Source: Candidatus Woesearchaeota archaeon
Lineage (GTDB): Archaea > Nanobdellota > Nanobdellia > Woesearchaeales > JAFGPW01
Direction of reading: 5' to 3'
NCBI GenBank assembly: GCA_016935985.1
Contig: JAFGPW010000007.1
Span: 22,956-86,955 of the forward strand
Length of the DNA stretch: 64,000 nt
In this document: one piece after another, positions 59,304 to 64,000 of the stretch
Layout: each line of letters begins with the position of its first letter
How positions within the stretch are numbered: position 1 is the first letter of the stretch
Position numbers and translations under genes: made by a program
Notes under the pieces: generated by a model
Told to the model about the DNA's origin: nothing
Databases searched by the model: none
Seen by the model: the letters and a program-made list of their open reading frames with translations, nothing else

Positions 59304-61247
59304 ATGGCTGAAGGGACCCCTTTACAGGAGATGATGACGAAGCCGTTCACACTCTTCTCCCACGAGGCGAAGCGCTGGCACCGCATCATGACACAGGTGT
59401 CGCTGCCCTCGGCGATCAGGCGACGCCGGCGGCCGAGCGAACGGCGTGTCCGGCTGACGTTCAGCAACAAGCGACGCAGCATCCAGGAGAAACTCATCTA
59501 CCTCTATGGGAAGGATTCCGGCGCCGCGGCCTTCGGGAAGGTCGAGCGGAAGATGGCGGCCTTCGCCCGCAAGAAGCCGAGGAAGCTGCGCTATCGCGAC
59601 GCCCATTTCAGCCCGCAGGACCGGTTCACGCAGAAGGACGCTATCCTCATCGCCTACCCCGATTCCCTGGTCAAGGAGGGCGAGCGGCCGCTCGCGACGC
59701 TGAAGCGTTTCGCCGACTCGCAGCTCGCCGGCGCGGCCAGCGCCATCCACATCCTCCCGTTCTACCCCTCGTCCTCAGACCGCGGGTTCTCGGTCATCAA
59801 CTACAAGAAGGTCGACCGGGCCTTCGGGGACTGGGAGGATATCATCGGACTCTCCGAGCGCTTCGACCTCATGCTCGACGGCGTCTTCAACCACATCTCC
59901 GCGAAGAGCAGGTGGTTCCGGCAGTTCCTGCGCGGCAACCCGCTCTACGACAACCATTTCATCGCCTACACGGCGCGCGACGCGATCGCGGCGGAGGACC
60001 TGAAGAGGATCGTGCGGCCGCGGACGAGCCCGCTCCTCTCGGAGTTCGCGGCGAAGGAGGGGACCCGCTATGTCTGGACGACCTTCTCGCGCGACCAGCC
60101 GGACCTCAACTTCAAGGAGCCTCGCGTCCTGCTGCGCATCCTCGACGTCCTGTTCCGCTACGTCCGCTACGGCGCCGCCGTGATCAGGCTCGATGCGGTC
60201 AACTACCTCTGGAAGGAGACAGGGACCGGGTGCTCGAACCTCAAGCAGACCCATGTCATCGTCCAGCTGCTGCGGGATATCCTCGACCTCGTCGCGCCGT
60301 CGGTCTCGCTCCTCACCGAGACGAACGTCCCGCATGCCTACAACATCCGATATCTAGGCAACGGCAGGAACGAGGCGCAGATGGTGTACAACTTCAGCCT
60401 GCCGCCGCTCGTGCTCTACACGATGTACAAGGGGGACGCGAGGCATATCAGCAGGTGGGCCGACCGGCTCGAGCGCGTCTCGCCCTACTGCACCTACTTC
60501 AACTTCCTCGCCTCGCATGACGGGATCGGGCTCACGCCGGCGCAGCGCATCCTGCCCCAGCGCGAGGTTCGATTCCTGGTCCGGGAGGCGAAGCGGCGGG
60601 GCAGCCTCGTCCAGGACAAGGCCCTCGGGTCAGGCAAGGTCACGCCGTATGAGCTCAACATCACCTGGTGGAGCGCGCTCGACGACGGGACCGCCGACGA
60701 GGCGCGCACGGTCGACCGGTACATCGCCTCGCGGGCGATCGCGCTCTCGCTCAAGGGCGTGCCTGGCATCTACATCCACAGCCTCTTCGGGACAGCGAAC
60801 GACACCGCTGCCGTCGCGAGGACGAAGGTCGGCCGCGACATCAACCGCGCGAGGCTCGCCTATGACACCATCCAGCGCGAGCTCGGGAAGGCGTCGCGCA
60901 CTGCCGCGGTCTTCTCGCGGTTCTCGGACCTGCTCAGGGCTCGCGCATCGTGCAAGGCTTTCCATCCGAGCGCGCCGCAGCGTATGCTCAGCGACGACCC
61001 GGGCGTGTTCTCGCTCCTGCGGACGAGCCTCGACGGCTCGGAGAAGGTGCTCGTCCTCGTCAACGTGACCGGCGATGATCGTCAGTGCACGATCGACTGC
61101 GGGCGGCTGGGCGTCGCCTGCCACTCGCTCTACGACCTCGTCGGGAAGAGGCGGATCCTCGCGAAGACGGAAGGCATCACGGTGCGCTCCTTCGACATCG
61201 CGCTCGCCCCCTACCAGGTCATGTGGCTGCGCAACCACGCCGAGTGA
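59304..61247 (+). CDS. GH13_18 sucrose-phosphorylase-family sugar phosphorylase
   Basis: HILPFYPSSSDRGFSV, VIRLDAVNYLWKE (nucleophile Asp), LLTETNVPH (acid/base Glu), FLASHDGIGL. The start is uncertain (ATG 59304, 59331 or 59388). Confidence 0.85.
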   Translation: MAEGTPLQEMMTKPFTLFSHEAKRWHRIMTQVSLPSAIRRRRRPSERRVRLTFSNKRRSIQEKLIYLYGKDSGAAAFGKVERKMAAFARKKPRKLRYRDAHFSPQDRFTQKDAILIAYPDSLVKEGERPLATLKRFADSQLAGAASAIHILPFYPSSSDRGFSVINYKKVDRAFGDWEDIIGLSERFDLMLDGVFNHISAKSRWFRQFLRGNPLYDNHFIAYTARDAIAAEDLKRIVRPRTSPLLSEFAAKEGTRYVWTTFSRDQPDLNFKEPRVLLRILDVLFRYVRYGAAVIRLDAVNYLWKETGTGCSNLKQTHVIVQLLRDILDLVAPSVSLLTETNVPHAYNIRYLGNGRNEAQMVYNFSLPPLVLYTMYKGDARHISRWADRLERVSPYCTYFNFLASHDGIGLTPAQRILPQREVRFLVREAKRRGSLVQDKALGSGKVTPYELNITWWSALDDGTADEARTVDRYIASRAIALSLKGVPGIYIHSLFGTANDTAAVARTKVGRDINRARLAYDTIQRELGKASRTAAVFSRFSDLLRARASCKAFHPSAPQRMLSDDPGVFSLLRTSLDGSEKVLVLVNVTGDDRQCTIDCGRLGVACHSLYDLVGKRRILAKTEGITVRSFDIALAPYQVMWLRNHAE

Positions 61248-61323
61248 GCCGCCTGCGATAACAACATTGACCCCACCCTCATCCATGAATAAGTATTAAT
61301 ATCGGAAGTGATGCCTTCTCCTG

Positions 61324-62856
61324 ATGAAGCAGGCAACAGCCATAGCGGTGCTCGTCCTGATCTTCCTGTCAACAGCGGTCCCTCTCGTGCTGTGGATACA
61401 CGAGGATACCGCGCCCCCAGCATGGGACCAGTCATGGCACGCGATGATCAGCGGCGACATGTACCGGCAGCTCACGTGGCGATCCGTTGCCTCGACGGAG
61501 ATGCTGGAAGAACGGTATCCCATCTTCAACCTGAAGAGGGGGATGTACCCCCCATTCGTCTATGCAGCAACCGTTCCATCCTATACACTATTCGGGATGG
61601 GGTATGACGCCGCTCTGCTGACGAACCTCCTCTTCCTCGCGATCCTCATCGGGAGCGCGTTCCTGATCGGCCGGTCGCTTCACAGCGACGAGGCGGGCCT
61701 GATCATCGCCTTCATACTGGGAAGCGCTCCGGGGCTGATCGCGCTCACGCGCGAGTATCTCCTTGATTTCCCTCTCGTCGCGATGGTGGCGCTCGGATAC
61801 GCGATGCTCCTGATGTCCGATTCATTCGAGGACCGCCGCTATGCGCTCCTCTTCGGGATCGCCTTCGGGCTCGGCATGCTCACGAAATGGACGTATGCAG
61901 TCTATATCATCATCCCGACAGCATACGCAGCGGTGGTGTTCCTGAGACGGCATCTGGGGAGGAAGACGGACTATCCTGCCTTCTGGAATCTTGCCATGCC
62001 GCTCGTGGTCATCATCGGCCTCATGCTCCTCTGGTACACGCCATCCCACCTCAAGGAGGTTGTGCCCATCCTCAGCTTCTATTCAGGGACCGGGGGGCTT
62101 GAGGGTTACCCCTCTTCCGCCACGCTCGCTGGATGGACCCACTACGGCTCCGTGATCATCAGCGACTACTCATTCCTCTTCTTCCTGCTCTTCATCGCGG
62201 GGATTATGCATTTCATCCTCACTGACCGCAGGAACAGCGTCCTCTGGACAGCCCTCTGCCAGATACTTGTCGCGTACATCTTCTTCTCGTCCGTCTCGGT
62301 CAAGGATCCCCGGTATATCATGCCGGTCATGGTCTTCCTCGCGGTATTCTCAGGGATCTGGATCATCAGGTTGCGTTGGAAGAAGACCCGGCTCGCGCTC
62401 ATAGCAGTGGTCGTCATCCTCGGCTGTATGCTCTCCGGGGCGACTCAGCACCCTTCAATCTCCACGCGATACTCGGCCGGAGGCGTTCCGTTGCTCGACC
62501 TTGCGGGTAGGTATCCGCACCAAGGGACCATTGACTTCCCGTCGATACTCCGGTCGATACAGCAATCGAGCGGAGGAATCCCATCCACGGTCTGCATCAT
62601 CGCTGAGTCGGCATCCCTTAACGATGTGAACATACCTTACTTTGCGATCATGGGTGATTATCCGATCAGGTTCATGCTGGGAAACGGATGCAATCCTAAG
62701 GCGTTCGACTTCTCGGTGGTGGGTCCGATAGAGGAAAGCTGGCGGTCAGACACCATCAAGCGGTCACGCACCATGCTCAATCTGAATCTCGACTCTTTCC
62801 GCGAGGTGTACACCTCTGCTGACGGGTCTATCATCGTCTATAAGCGTGCCGGATGA
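61324..62856 (+). CDS. GT-C fold glycosyltransferase (ArnT/PMT-like, GT39/83 type)
   Basis: About 12 TM helices. N-terminal loop DQSWHAM. 510 aa. TATA-like AGTATTAATATC lies about 25 nt upstream. Confidence 0.7.
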   Translation: MKQATAIAVLVLIFLSTAVPLVLWIHEDTAPPAWDQSWHAMISGDMYRQLTWRSVASTEMLEERYPIFNLKRGMYPPFVYAATVPSYTLFGMGYDAALLTNLLFLAILIGSAFLIGRSLHSDEAGLIIAFILGSAPGLIALTREYLLDFPLVAMVALGYAMLLMSDSFEDRRYALLFGIAFGLGMLTKWTYAVYIIIPTAYAAVVFLRRHLGRKTDYPAFWNLAMPLVVIIGLMLLWYTPSHLKEVVPILSFYSGTGGLEGYPSSATLAGWTHYGSVIISDYSFLFFLLFIAGIMHFILTDRRNSVLWTALCQILVAYIFFSSVSVKDPRYIMPVMVFLAVFSGIWIIRLRWKKTRLALIAVVVILGCMLSGATQHPSISTRYSAGGVPLLDLAGRYPHQGTIDFPSILRSIQQSSGGIPSTVCIIAESASLNDVNIPYFAIMGDYPIRFMLGNGCNPKAFDFSVVGPIEESWRSDTIKRSRTMLNLNLDSFREVYTSADGSIIVYKRAG

Positions 62857-62859
62857 CCC

Positions 62860-64000
62860 TCAGAACTCGAACAGGCTCTTCTGGTCATGGTTCCTGACCA
62901 GGCTGTCGAAGTCGGTGCCGAAGAAGCAGAGCACCGAGTCGGCGATGGGCTTGAGCTGCTTCTCGATGTAATGCGCGTAGTCGATCCTGCTCGTGAGCAT
63001 CTCGACCGGCTCCGGCCCGTTCTCAGTCATGTAGTACTCGATGATGCTCGAGCTGAGCTTCTTGAGCTTTCTCGCCGCCTTCACGTGGGGCGGCGTCGTC
63101 TTGACGTACTCGTCCAGGCTCTTCCTGATCGCCTTGCGGTAGACGAGCTGGTCGTCGTACTTGCCGGATCGGACGTCCCCGACAAACTTCCGGACGTAGT
63201 CCTTGACCTCCTTCTTGTGGAAGATGCGGTCGAGGATCGCGAGCTGGAAGGTCTTGGCAAGCTCTGTCCAGTCCCTGCGCACGAACTCCAGGCCCGTGAA
63301 GTCGATCTCCTCTTTCCCGTCCTTCTCGAGGATGCCCGCGTAGCGCTTCTTCGCGCCCTGGTCGGAGCCGCGCAGCTTCGGCATCAGGAAGCGGATAAAG
63401 GTCTTCTCGAACTCGAGCTCGAGGAAGTTGTCGCGCTTGTACTCCCTCTTCACGAGGTCCTTGTAGTAGGTATTGATGTAGTCCTGTATCTCCCTGCCGA
63501 TCGCCTCCGCTTTCCTGCTGGTGTCGACGCCGGTCTTCACGAACACCGAATCGGTGTCACCGTAGATGACCTCGTAGCCGAGCTCGCGTATCTTCTCGGA
63601 TGTGAGCTTGATGAAGTGCTGGCCGAAGTGGGTGATCGCGTTCGCCATGTCGACCGAGTAGAACCTGCAGGCGGGGTTCGCGAGCACGCCGAAGAAGGAG
63701 TTCATGGTGATCTTGATGGCGTAGGATGCTGCCCGGTCCTTGCGCCGCTTCGCCGCGTCGCGGCTCTCCCAGAGGGACTGGATGAGCCCAGGCAGGATCC
63801 CGTCCTCGTTCCTGAAGCGCGTGCCGTTCGGCGCCGTGATCTCGCCCTCGGGATCGAATGAGAGGGGATCGATGTTGAAGGTCCGGATGATGGAGGGGTA
63901 CAGGCTCTTGAAATCGCACACGATGATGTAGTCGTAGATGCCGGGCTTCGACTCCATCACGAAGCCTCCCTTGATCCGCTCGTCACGCTCGCTGTAGGAG
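62860..64000 (-). CDS. polB: Family-B DNA polymerase, C-terminal half (gene continues beyond the right edge)
   Basis: DFKSLYPSII (motif A), KITMNSFFG (motif B), IYGDTDSVFV (motif C), KKRYAG (KxY). The frame stays open to position 64000. Confidence 0.93.
   Translation of the reverse strand, partial: SYSERDERIKGGFVMESKPGIYDYIIVCDFKSLYPSIIRTFNIDPLSFDPEGEITAPNGTRFRNEDGILPGLIQSLWESRDAAKRRKDRAASYAIKITMNSFFGVLANPACRFYSVDMANAITHFGQHFIKLTSEKIRELGYEVIYGDTDSVFVKTGVDTSRKAEAIGREIQDYINTYYKDLVKREYKRDNFLELEFEKTFIRFLMPKLRGSDQGAKKRYAGILEKDGKEEIDFTGLEFVRRDWTELAKTFQLAILDRIFHKKEVKDYVRKFVGDVRSGKYDDQLVYRKAIRKSLDEYVKTTPPHVKAARKLKKLSSSIIEYYMTENGPEPVEMLTSRIDYAHYIEKQLKPIADSVLCFFGTDFDSLVRNHDQKSLFEF

Noticed and set aside
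1-64000. Genome-wide reassignment of TGA (to Trp) as the explanation for the two in-frame TGAs.
   Set aside because: Highly conserved genes end cleanly at TGA at their expected C-termini: tuf at 47705-47707, rpl7ae at 52325-52327, ndk at 51236-38 and the 5804 gene. TAG is also used as a stop, for example by porB at 23723 and rps28e at 52008. The standard code fits.

Overview
GC-rich (about 60% or more by eye) archaeal chromosomal segment. Archaeal origin is supported by an HMf-type histone, the L7Ae/S28e/L24e and aEF-2/aEF-1alpha/S10 genes, two intron-containing tRNAs, and TATA-like boxes 25-35 nt upstream of most start codons (many transcripts look leaderless, some carry GGAGGTG-type SD sites). 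I support about 85 protein genes and 4 tRNAs (Pro-CGG, Ala-GGC with intron, CAU with intron, Leu-CAG). I found no rRNA, CRISPR array, transposase or integrase. Recognisable content: the translation cluster; pyruvate:ferredoxin oxidoreductase (porGDAB) plus ferredoxin; class III ribonucleotide reductase with its activase; GluRS; flavin metabolism (RbkR-type riboflavin kinase, RibL); redox and oxygen defence (FprA, FMN reductase); metal homeostasis (DtxR-ZupT, MgtC); alpha-glucan genes (GlgC-like, GH15, GH13_18); envelope genes (A24 prepilin peptidase, M50 protease, GT-C, MscS); several secreted Cys-rich repeat proteins; and the C-terminal half of a family-B DNA polymerase at the right edge. The most interesting observations are: (1) a complete NrdR repressor fused in frame to NrdD, with two NrdR-box-like palindromes 32 bp apart over its own promoter; (2) a radical-SAM locus (31.0-35.0 kb) where two unrelated ORFs sit in identical slots bounded by conserved 88-bp and 56-bp junctions, with an out-of-frame rSAM chimera between them; (3) a miniaturised PolB-like gene pair with degenerate motifs, split into two translationally coupled ORFs; (4) two genes interrupted by in-frame TGA, one at a position where the repeat consensus demands Trp; (5) an AT-rich single-gene TatD island bounded by 11-bp inverted repeats; (6) the tRNA-Ala 3' end repeated three times at a 58-bp period. 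All function calls come from motif recognition by eye. No database search was run.
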